This document shows, in pieces, positions 28,601 to 39,360 of a stretch of 64,000 bases of DNA (position 1 is its first letter; every line of letters starts with the position of its first letter). The notes beneath the pieces are model-generated. The model saw only the letters and a program-made list of their open reading frames with translations. It searched no databases and had not been told where the DNA came from. The DNA comes from Paraspadella gotoi (Eukaryota > Animalia > Chaetognatha). The DNA lies in NCBI GenBank assembly GCA_051294375.1, contig CM119264.1, forward strand, positions 8,129,051-8,193,050. Direction: 5' to 3'. The translations under genes and the position numbers were made by a program.

Positions 28601-29882
28601 CCGCGTTGGGGGGTGACGACTTTTTCGAAGACGACTATCCCCGACGACGACCAATGTCGTCGTCGTCGTCTTATCAACACCCTTTTTCTTCATCTACAGT
28701 GGGGATTGTTAATTTTCTTAAAACCATAAACCATAAAACATTGAAAATATTTCTTAAATTTCAGATGACCTCAGCAAACAACTTTCGTCGCGTCAGGGAA
28801 AATCACTTTCACGTTTACCACAGTCATCATCATCATCACCAACATATAAACTATCCACTTTATTTCTCTGGGGATGCCGAGTAAGCCGAAAATGTTCAAG
28901 TTAAAATGTTTTCTTCGTCTTCGATTTTTTCCTTCATTTACATAAAAAAATTACAGAAGATCGACGACAGCGACGTCTGCGTCTTCGTTTCGCGACAAAG
29001 CCGCCCGTTTTTCTTTTTCCTCCTCTTCCCAATCGGCGAAACTCTTTCATTTACTTTCTCATTATCCAACTGATCGTAAGGATGACTATCGCTGTCATTG
29101 TCGAACATCCGCGAAAGCGCATTTTCAACAGCAGAACGGTTGTCATCTACGCCATCCATTGCATCACAATCAATTATCCGCTTTTCACCCACCACATTTT
29201 TATCCCCACGACGATTTTCTCCACTCGCCATTTGAGACACTTTCATCTCCTGCGCCATCCGGATCATCTAAATCCCTCCCTCGTTTAAACTCCCGGCGCC
29301 GGGACCCGCATCCCGGCGCAGTTCGTCGTCCACTCTCCGCTCGGGACGGGGATCCCCGCGCTCTCGACGAGCGAATCTTCTCTTTGGAGGAAAGGGCCGC
29401 TGAAATTGTTGCCGTCGACGAGACCTTGAAGACCGAGTCGTTTCCGGCGAAGGCGAGGTCCGCACCTTCAAGCCCGACTCTATTGTCAGCTTCGATCCTC
29501 CCGCTTCGCCCGGATTTTCCTCGACGAGTAGATACGGAGAACGACGACAATAGGTCGTCGTCATCTTCGTCAGATTTAGAAGAAGTTTATCCTTTTCCCC
29601 TTCCTTTCGCCTGTGCTTCCGCCCTTAATAGCGAGTAAGTTTCGTCAATCTAAAATGAAATCAATGACTTAAAACCAAAAATATAATATGAAATCAATTG
29701 GAAAAATCAATCAAACTCGTCAATTCCATATGGGCCTATTTTATTTAATAATCTTCAGGTTACGTCTACCCGCACAGTCCCTTAACGACCCGATTCGGAC
29801 GTCGGAGAGGAAGAGAGACCGAAGTCCTTCGGGAAACTTTCTCCTTTCTACCCTCCGATCTTCACGCTGGACGTTTCCCTAG
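7381..29882 (+). CDS. sws: Neuropathy target esterase / swiss cheese (PNPLA6/7-like patatin phospholipase with cNMP-binding domains), >30 exons
   Basis: N-terminal TM; [14 protein letters not shown] (7941-); [14 protein letters not shown]; cNMP-domain exons ([30 protein letters not shown]); patatin motifs GGGARG (~24361), GTSIG (~24531), DGGYVNN (~25026); FTDLAELVS (~26432). Phase-compatible exons continue to TAG at 29882, but the 3' end is less certain than the core. Confidence 0.95.
9279..13596 (-). CDS. CALHM: CALHM (calcium homeostasis modulator) family channel, nested antisense in an NTE intron
   Basis: Exon 13493-13596 (MSWFHRFL...) splices in phase to the exon ending at 10748 ([28 protein letters not shown]). 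Next exon reads [29 protein letters not shown]...[17 protein letters not shown], then [11 protein letters not shown]. FxCPC, YGxxxxxxP, WxxxxLLxGxYxxCA and RC..SYxQ are CALHM hallmarks; 4 hydrophobic segments. Confidence 0.9.
11322..11363 (-). ncRNA. Minimal hammerhead ribozyme (mirror copy in the inverted pLTR)
   Basis: Exact reverse complement of the 12924-12965 motif. Confidence 0.85.
12924..12965 (+). ncRNA. Minimal (PLE-type) hammerhead ribozyme
   Basis: AAUG-CUGAUGA-A-GGCUU(guaguu)AAGCC-GAAAC-AU-GUC^-CGUU: intact core, stem II, 4-bp stem I, palindromic ACAUGU stem III. Confidence 0.85.
14716..15049 (-). mobile_element. LTR retrotransposon relic: 5' LTR plus tRNA-Gly primer-binding site
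   Basis: On the minus strand TGTTAC...GTTACA (15049 to 14730) is followed after 1 nt by TGGTGCATCGGCC, complementary to the tRNA-Gly(GCC) 3' end GGCCGAUGCACCA. Confidence 0.75.
17005..18307. mobile_element. Inverted-repeat element (TGTGGCAAC...GTTGCCACA) interrupted by a hAT MITE
   Basis: ~100-bp imperfect TIRs at 17005-17103 and 18202-18307; additional inner inverted pair ~17925-17978 and ~18148-18198. Confidence 0.6.
17108..17720. mobile_element. Uninterrupted copy of the TAGAGT...CACCCTA MITE
   Basis: Collinear with 10842-11240 plus 13020-13201; TAGAGTGGAGC...GCTCCACCCTTA ends; no clear TSD. Confidence 0.85.
18570..18970. mobile_element. Tc1-like MITE
   Basis: TA|CAGTCCTGTGCAAAA..AGGACAC ... 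GTGTCCT..TTTTCGTACAGGACTG termini. Confidence 0.7.
21385..21637. mobile_element. ~250-bp solo-LTR-like repeat
   Basis: TGTGGC...GCCTTA ends; 4-bp TSD CTAT; homologous copies at 45871-46126 and 57579-57786. Confidence 0.65.
21891..23156 (-). CDS. Rab3-like small GTPase, 5 exons, nested antisense in an NTE intron
   Basis: Exons 23135-23156, 22758-22954, 22447-22611, 22162-22294, 21891-22036 give [65 protein letters not shown] and a C-terminal CRC* prenylation motif. RYRTIT, GFILMYD and CxC are Rab3-type. Confidence 0.93.
25362..25755 (+). mobile_element. HINE-like element, family B
   Basis: SubTIRs ATCGTCGCAATCGC / GCGATTGCGACGAT, 5' hairpin, internal CT microsatellite. Longer inverted copy at ~39015-40576; fragments at 33343 and 34349-34422. 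Confidence 0.6.
26714..27015 (+). repeat. ~300-bp non-coding repeat monomer carrying the twister-like motif
   Basis: High identity to 45660-45870 and 46190-46420; partial copy at ~15690-15810. Confidence 0.85.
26896..26958 (+). ncRNA. Candidate type-P5 twister-like ribozyme
   Basis: UAUCUUGU(P5)-AAGAGU-GA-UGG(T)-AGGCCU(P1 palindrome)-U^AA-ACC-AC(T)-CAAAG-CCUG(P4)-U-CCA-AA-GU-CAGG(P4')-G-GCAAGAUA(P5'). Both pseudoknots pair; P2 is short. Confidence 0.65.
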
Positions 29883-31228
29883 TCTGCCGTTTGCACAGGC
29901 TTCCTGACTCTTTAGTCCTTTTTCTGAGATTATTTACTGTTCTGACGTCTGATGAATAATTCTGTTTAGGCTCTTCTTTTTATTTTCACTTTTTAGAATA
30001 TTCATTTTTATTAAATGTATTAATTTAGTTTCATTTTTTTATGCGCAGAAGAAAGTTAAACAAATTTTTTAATTTTTTTTTTTTTTTATCAAATTTAAGC
30101 TTTTAATCTTTTAGTATTTTTTTTTCCGTGAGTACTTTCTCAATTTCTCTCAAATATCAGTTCAAATCCCTTGTTTTATATTTATTTCTTTTTAGAAATT
30201 AGAATGGTTCTCGCGAAATTAAAGCTTCACAGTGCTGTTTTGTTGAAAGTGCCTTTATTATTATTTGACCCGTTTGCTCAACCGTATTGCATTTTGTCCC
30301 TGAATCAACAATAGTCCATAAAGAACTGCCACCAGTTTTTTTTTTATGGAATATGATACGACAGTTAATAATAATATGGGGTAATTCGACCGTTTCCTTT
30401 TAAGCATAGACAGTATTGGTGTTCTCGGGCAAACTTTGAAGCTCAACCCAATTCTTAATTTTGATTTCCATAACATTAAGAACCTCCAGAACTATTTTTA
30501 AGTTTAACAAATTATTACCTCATTAATTTTTCCTAGTCGCACTTCAAGCTTTTGCCTTGCAATATGAAGATTATTAATATAAAATTACGAAATTTGATTG
30601 CTTTCATTTTTTATAATTGAATTATTTTACTCTGATTTGACAATTACTGTGTGAATTCAGAACCGTATAGTACTATTTTTTTTTAAATACGTGTTATCAT
30701 TAAAACGTCTTTTGATCCGAGTTGATGTTTCGTGAATTATAAAAGTTAGAAAGATTCTTAGATAGATTTAAGACTTACAGAGAGGATAGAACACATACGT
30801 AAATACGAAATTCGGCATTTATTTCTACATATAATTTATCGCGATTAGTGAGAGTAAGTATTCATTTTTGTATGCAACGGTTATTACTTGTGCAACTAGT
30901 AGAAACTAGAACTAAAACTGGAAATGTGATAATGTCGAGAAATATTAGCCGCGTTAAAAATAAACTTTATCCATGAGTTGCGGAAACAGCGGCTGCAAAA
31001 AAAGTTATTAATTATTGTAATTTGTAGAGAAACGTGTTCGAAATTTTGTTGAAATTAAAAACACCTGCGAGCCGGAAGCACCGACCGCGTTGGCATTTCT
31101 TTGGCGACGATTGCGCAAGGTTCCAACGCGGATTTCTCCGGCTGACATTCTGTACTCTCCCGGAGACGACATGGATTCGATGGACAATCTCTGCCGACCG
31201 GCGAAAGAAACCTGTTCATCGACTAATT

Positions 31229-33282
31229 TTAACATTCTTCATAGCATTTTACATTCTTAGTCATGATGAAAGCGGTGGTCGGCTCCATGTAAAAAGTCCT
31301 CTTGTAGCCCTTTCCCTTGAGGTAGATTTGTCCGCGGTCTTCGAAGGCGAAATTATCGTCTTTGTCGATAACGTTTCTAATGTAGGACGGGTAAAATTGT
31401 CAACCTCGAAAGCTTTGGCAACAAATAGATTTACAGTTTAGTTAGTAGGATTTAAAGTCACATTAGCCTTTTCACGCCTTAAAAAGCCACTTCTATGACC
31501 CAAATTATCACTGTGTTAATAACGAAACGTTGGAAAGAGTTAATGGTTGAATGTCAATCTCATGGGGGGGCTACTAGAGCTGCAGGACATTTCTCCGTCC
31601 TTGCAGGGTCTTGGACTTCGAATGGCCAGCTTCCACGGGTGTTTTTAATCCGACCCCCTCATCCATCCCAACGTGAGTAATCAATGACCGCTCACCGGAT
31701 TTCCTCTGACACGTGAATCTTCATGGGAGCGCACGTGCTTTGCATTCGAGAAGCGACATTGACAATGTCACCGAAGATGGAATACTTGGGCACGTCTGTG
31801 CCAATGACGGCGGCGATGACGGGACTGGTTTCAATTAAATTCAGTTGAAGAATACTGTCTATATTAAAGTGGAACAAGATATGCATTTTTAAATATTTAA
31901 AAAGTGATAGTAATTAACTAAATAATGATTAAATATATGAAGGACAAATAAATTTTGTATTACAGAACTCCTAATGATAAAAAGTGATAAATTATATATA
32001 AATATATTACTATAAGCCGCCTTTCTCTTACCCTTTGGCCAGTCCGAACCGCATCTCGAGGCGATCCAGCGGTCGGCCCCTGATCTTGAAGTCCGCGACG
32101 AGATTTCGTAAATTGATCGCGAATGTGGCCATAACCAACTCGTGATTTTGACCAACTCCTGTGATGCCACAAACTAGAATCTGCGAATCCGATATTTGGT
32201 CTACCTACGACGGGACCATTAACAGTTAGTTGCTTAAATAAAGCTGGCTATAAAAAATAAATAAGCTAATCCGATGACAAATCATGGTAATTTTTCTGAC
32301 TCTCAATTTGTGATTATACAAATCATAACAGACTTCTTAATAAATCTATGAAAAAATCTATAAATCAATTGATCTATCAATCATTACCAGTAGTTGTGCC
32401 AATACCAACTGGCATAATTTGGTCAATTAGCATAATTTGGTCAACTGATGTAATTTGGTCAAGTGATGTAATTTGGTCACCTGGTATAATTTGGTCAACT
32501 GATGTAATTTGTTAACTAGCCTAATTTGGCAACTGGCATAATTTTATCAACTGATCTAAATTGGTCAACTGACATAATTTTTCAACTGCATAATTTGGTG
32601 AACTGGCGTAATTTGGTCAACTGGCATAATTTGGGCAATAAATAAATCAGAGAAAGATAGAGAGAAACTTTAAAATAGAAAACCAAGACTCATTTATTTC
32701 AATTTTTAAAGCTCTTTTCCACTCCTACGATTCCATCAAAAATCTATATTCAGCTTAATCACATACTTTTTTACACAACACAAAATTTTATTTCAATTTA
32801 TCTATCCAATTTTTAATAAATAAAGTTATTTTCTTGGATAACTTTTGAAAGAAAAGAGATAGCAAGGTGGGCGTGGTATCAAATTAAAGCCCTAATCATG
32901 GGACATCTTTCGAAAATAGTTTTATTAATTTTTATCCATAATTATTTACACAGCTTTTGTTTAAATCCATAAATTTGCTTGTATTTTTTAGTTTGAAGTA
33001 GAAGAGTTTGAAATGAATTTTCAACAACGATTTTATTTTAATAAGTTAGAGTTAAAGTAAACAAGTTTGAGCAAACAATGTCGGATCTTCCTACGATAAT
33101 TAATTAATTAATTAATAAATTAATTAATTAATTTTAATATGTAATAATTAATTTTAAATTTATATTCAACTTATCATCATCGATGTCCTTAAAATTGGGT
33201 TAGGACAGTTATTAAATATGTTTTGTTTACATTTTATAAAAAAAAAATATATACTCTATTTAATTTTATGTCTCCTTCTCTC

Positions 33283-33341
<59 letters not shown>

Positions 33342-36300
33342 ATGCAATTGCGACGATCTTTATGCTTTTAAGATTTTTTTAACTTGCATAATTTTTTCAC
33401 ATTAATTAATTAATTAAATAATTAATTAAAACATTTATTAGTAATCATTAATATTAAAGATTCAAGTAAATGTGACTTATGTTTTTTTCATCTAAACTCA
33501 TTTCCACTGGCACAATTCCGTCAAAACTTTATATAATTATTATATATTAATAAATATTTAAAAGCTTCAGTGCAACAACCCAATGAACTAATTCAAAAAG
33601 TTACATTGAAAAACGATTTAGGAGTAAAAGGAAAAAAAAAAATTTATAGAGAACCAGAAGTTATAAAAAGTGTTCAATTTTGGCCCGCCTGACTAGATAT
33701 TAGGCCGGAACAGGTTGAAAACTAGAAGTTCTCTCAAATAAATAATGGTTAAGCGACTATTAAATAATAGATATAGATATAATATAATAGATATAATAGA
33801 TATAGATGCTCCCTCTATTTCCAGAAGACAACACTGATTTTCCCTTCCCAAATTGAATTATTAGATAAATAAAAAATAAAACATTTTTAAAAAAGAAAGC
33901 AATATATGTTTGAATAAATAATATAGATTAAATGCTAAATCCTTCATAAAAATATTAAAATATTAAAATAGAAAAAAAAATAGTGAAACAAGTAATTTGC
34001 AAATTTTCATAATATGAAAATGAAAATAATTTTTAAAATTTTGCTAAAATTTTTATAGATTCTGATAGAGCTTTAAAAGTTAGATAAAGGTTTATTAATA
34101 CAACTTTTTAAAATTTTGTTGTTTTATTAATGAAAAATTTAAAAAAATAAAATTCAGCCAATAATGATAATGATGATGATTTTTTAAGTTTTTTTTCTAT
34201 TTTTAACTAATTTATTGTCAAAATTTGAAAAAATTATAGTACTAACTTTCATTTAACTTTTTAAGCTCTACAAGAACCCGTTCTTAAAAAAATCAAATTT
34301 TTAATTTTTTTTGTCATTCTCTCTTTCTCTCTCTTTCTCTCTCTCTTTGCAATTGCAACGATCCTTATGCTCATTTTCCCTCTCTCTCTCTCTCTCTTTG
34401 CAATTGCGACGATCCTTATGCTCATTATGTCAATTGCATAATTTGGTCAATCAATCAATCAATCAATCAATCAGAGAGAGATAGAGAGAGAGAAACTTTA
34501 AAAAATTCAAATAAATGTGTCTTTTGGTTTTCTAATTTGAACTCTTTTCCACTCCTACGATTCCATCAAAAAATTATATACCAGCTTTATCACATACTTT
34601 CCTACCCAAACACAAAATTCAATTTCGATTTATCTATCCAATTTTTAATAAACATAATAATTATGAGTAAATTTAAGTAAAAATACTTCAAGTAAATATG
34701 ACTTTTGTTTTTTTCATTTTAACTCATTTCCACTCGCACGATTCCATCGAAACTTTATATCCAGCTCAATCACACAATCTCCTACCATCATACAAAATTC
34801 AAGTCAATTGCCCTATCCACTCATGAGCAATTGGCGTTCAAATAGTGAAATATATTTTTTTTGTTTTTTCCATTTAAACCAATTTCCATTCGCACGATTC
34901 CCTCGAAACTTCATATCCATCTCAATCACACAGTTTCCTACCCACACACAAAATTTCATACCAATCCATCCATCCAATCACGAGTAATTGGAGTTTTTTG
35001 TTAAGGTGGACGGACGGACGGAGGACGGACGGACGGACATCATTTTTTTTGCATAATTTATCATAATTCGATGTTCTGACATGATATAAGTGTGTGCCCG
35101 ACAATATTGAGGGGCGGACCGACGGACCGACAAAAGTGAATTATAGAGTCGGATTTGCTGATAAGCAGATCGACTAAAAACAAACAAAAATTTATGTAGT
35201 AGCTTGATAAAATGTCTTTAAATATGAAAAATGATAATACAAACAATGTTTTCAACTTGATATAAACAGTCTGGACGTCTTCCTTCTTGTCTGAAAAAAA
35301 AAATAGTCATTTTTCATTATCTTCAACTGCAAATAAAAAGCCTGACACACTGCTTGTTTATCATAATACAATTTTTGAAAAATACATAGCTTGCGACATA
35401 TTTGACAGAGCAAGTCATCATTGTGTTAAATTTAAATATAACAACCTTTATACAAGGGATTTAATTCTATTATTTATCATCCATTTTAATTAAGAATAGC
35501 CGAATCGCCCATTGGAAAGGGTTAATTGACTGACTTAATGATCGATTTTTTTAGATTTCTTTACTGCCCCCATTTCACAAGATATAAAATGTCATGATTA
35601 TCATGTCAGTATGTCCAGATTATGCCTACCCTTTCTGCAACCTGTATTCCGAATTTTCTTTTTTTCCCTTTCAAATGTATTAAATAAAAAAAATATTTGA
35701 GAGAACGATCGGCATGGAGGATTCCATTGATAAGCCTTAGTTACCACACTTCCTGATCTAATTAATAAACAAGGTTTTTTTTTTCATCTATTCGAGACAT
35801 AGCACTATCTATTGATTCTATTAATTTTTTATTTCTTACACGATTTTTTGCGTAATCAGAGAAACGTTTAGCGTGTCAAAAAAATAAGGAAAAAAAAAAA
35901 AGAGTAAAACGTTCTGACAAATTAAAAAAATTATGGAGGAATCTAGAGGTAAAAATTTCTAACCTTGTACAGTCCATTGCCAGTCGTCTCGATGAGGTTG
36001 AAGATCTTCACTTCCAAAGTGTTCATCATGAGAAAAAAGTCGTTGGGCGCCATGGTGGCCATAAGCGCCGCCACGTTCGGCATGTCGGTAAAAAGGACAG
36101 TCGCGCTCGAATAGGCCTCCGGCGCCGCGCTGCCCGTGGCCAAAAGTTGAAGGGCGATTCTCCTCGGCATGATTTGGTAAAGGAGAGTTTCCATCTGAGA
36201 GGAGAGAAAGAAGATAAAGAAGCTAAGACTCGGTTTGATAATATTTGATATTATTTGAAATAATCAATTATTTAATTAATCAATTAATACAATGATATTT

Positions 36301-39300
36301 CATACAGTTGGTTAGCGATACCTTTCTTTTCTGTTCCTCATGCTCCTTGGTAATGGTGGCTATTTGTTTTTCCAGGACGTTGGACTGTTGGATAACTCGA
36401 GTTAGGAGATTCATATTATCTTTTCCTATGGAGACAAACGGGGGCGGGATCTACTTCTTTATAGTGGAAGCCCACTAAAATCTAAAGCCAGTCGGATGAT
36501 CGTTATTTTCATAGTTTATTTTTAAAAGTATGACTTTTTTTCGTTACAACTTTATTGAATTAATTTCCGGTATGGATGTATTTGTTTATTAATGTTTTTA
36601 TTCTATTATACGATAAATAATTTTTACATTCGTTTATAATTATCAATATCGCAGGTGTTAATATTTCTATTATTATTATTACCTGCAAAATAATTAAAAA
36701 TTGTAGCAACTGTTTTGCTGGTAGGCCGCTCTTCAGGGTCTTCTTTCCAACAATTTCGAGCTAAATTTTTCATGTTATTGTAGATTTTTAGATTTTCTTC
36801 TTCCACTAAAAAAATTGTTTTTAAAACTAATTAATGTATAAAGACAGTAATATACTTTTGTTCAGGCATTGAGGAGTCGCCCAATATATCTCAAAATAAA
36901 TAAATAAAAAATAATGAGTCATTTCATGCGGGACCGGAGAACGTAAAATCTACAGGTTTAGTGGTTCTGCCAGAACTTCTGGTACGCTTTTAGTACTCAC
37001 TGTATTTAAGAGTATCAAAGCAGGGTCGCAGTGGTGGCTCATTTGATTTTGCTCCTTCTTCTAACTGGAAATAAAAATGTTTATTTTAAAAAAAAAAATA
37101 AAACAAAAAATTTAATGATAGTTACCTTATCTATTATACTCTGTAAATTCATATTGGTCTCAGATCCGAGATAGAACAAGCCGGTTTGATTGATTACTTC
37201 GTGAATGATGATACCCAGGCTGTAAATGTCACCTTGCATGGTTCCATTGGGATGAGGCATTGGACTACCAAAATAAAATACTAATCCTGATCATAACCGT
37301 GGTCTGAAATTAGACCTTGATTGAAGAGTTATTTGATTTGCTTAGTTATGAGTATAAAATAAGAGAACTTAAGAATCTTTAGGACTTATTCTCAAACCGG
37401 TGATTCCTTATCCTTAACAACTCTGGAGCGATCCACAAGAAGTGGTAATCATAATATTTTAAAACCGTGAAGCCTCTTTCGTTGCTTTTTTTCTTTTTTT
37501 TTTCCACCGTTCTGCGGGGGAAAAAGGCAGAAAAAGAAAAAAAAGGGAAAATAATACGCCTTTTAGTTTACACCCAAACTAGAGGGAAGGATAAATATCA
37601 TTTGGGATGAAAAAAACTTATAGATTTTAAGTAATATACTTCTAATTATTTTGTAAATAATAAATTATCTTTTTTTTCCCTAACATTACCTGACTTCCAA
37701 ATCTGGATTCCACCAGGAAGATTGGATCGATTGAGGCATAAAAGCTGAGAGTCTCACCAAAAAATTTTTGTCAACCTGTGAAACAAATTTCGTAAATAAT
37801 AATTCTTATCGACGTTGGTTTCATTGTTTGCCATTCCACGGAGAACCGTTGGCAATAAACATTAAACTGTGACGTTGGATACGACATCATCATCATCATC
37901 AGCACAGTAATAGCTAACGCTTCATCTTCGATTCTAGACTTCAAGCCATGGTCGGAACGGGGACAACTTGTTTTTAAACCGCCGGATTCGAAGTTCGGGA
38001 AATAAAAGCTAGGCAACTGACCAGACCCCAGATCCCCTGCTTTCCACACCGTCAGTGAGGCACGGGGACCTTCTCTCCTACTTGTATATTGTACAATGTA
38101 CAGTAGAGTGGAGCTCTCGGGAACAAAAATTTTGAATAAACAATCGAGGATACTTAGACGTGAGACAGAATGATTATCGAGTACCAAAAATAATTTTCTC
38201 AAATTGTTTTGGGAACAGTATCGTAAAATATAATATATATTTATAATTTATATTATATCCAGTTTGGCCTATTTTCAAGTTGATTTAAATGACCTTTTTT
38301 CTTAACATAAAATATCAGAAGTTTTTGTAATTTTTTTTAAATAACGATTTTATTTAAAAAAAAAAGAAAGAAACCAGAGTTCAATGCTTCCAACAAAAAA
38401 TTGAGAAAAGGATAGTGGTTAGCGATGAGAATAGCTTTAGGACAGATTAAGTAAACTGAGAAAAGAAATAAAATTTGGTCAAAGAGAGAGAGAGATTTTA
38501 TAAACAATATATTTGAGCAAAGAACAACAATGATAAGAGTGAAAAACTAAGGAATAATATGATTAAAAACAAATTTAAAATAAGTTAATTGAAACTCAAA
38601 TTGAAAATTTAAATTAGAAAAATAAAGAGATGAGGGATAGATAAGTGAAAGATAATAGAGAAATATAAGAGTTAAGAAAGAGCTCAAAATTTATCTCCCC
38701 CCCCTGCCCCTCGGTTGCATGAAGGAAAGGTATGGCTGATGGTGCTGGTTCACTGGTGTGTTATTGGCTGCGAGGATAGTGGGGTCGAGCTTGTGTGATC
38801 CGGGTCGGGTATTGTTCCTTGCGGAAACAAACCTAATGCTACCCTAATATCTCTTTGGCCTGATACGCCCGCCGACAGTCTTCTTCTCACCTGGTGGTGA
38901 CATAAAAATATCATAAAACATTTTCTATTTAGGAAAAATAGTTTAATTTAATTTGTCAATAAAATCGTTGTTTGCCAAATAAAAACTGTTTTTCCTAAAT
39001 CTGAAAACATAACGAAACAACACAAAAAAATCTTAAAAGCATAAGGATCGTCGCAATAGCATAAGAAAAATCTGGATTGACGACAAATTTTGATACTAAA
39101 AAAAATAAAATTTGAGAAAAGAAAATTAAATTATAAACAAAGAAAAATTTTATTTTGTGATTGTCAATAAAAAAAAATAATAAAGTACGGAAGAAAATTA
39201 AAGTTATAGTTTCTGAAAAATAGCAAAATGATAACATGCACGAATGCGATGTTTAATTTTACGAGTTCAATCCTTATTCAATTTTTTTTTAATAAAAACG

Positions 39301-39305
39301 CCATA

Positions 39306-39360
<55 letters not shown>

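Noticed and set aside
32405-32636. Regular short repeats resembling a CRISPR array
   Set aside because: Contiguous ~19-bp units with no unique spacers, no cas genes, eukaryotic context.
35627-35645. Possible 12-nt micro-exon (VAER) in the cyclase domain
   Set aside because: Exon 32032-32204 already supplies the VETIGD-equivalent segment in register.
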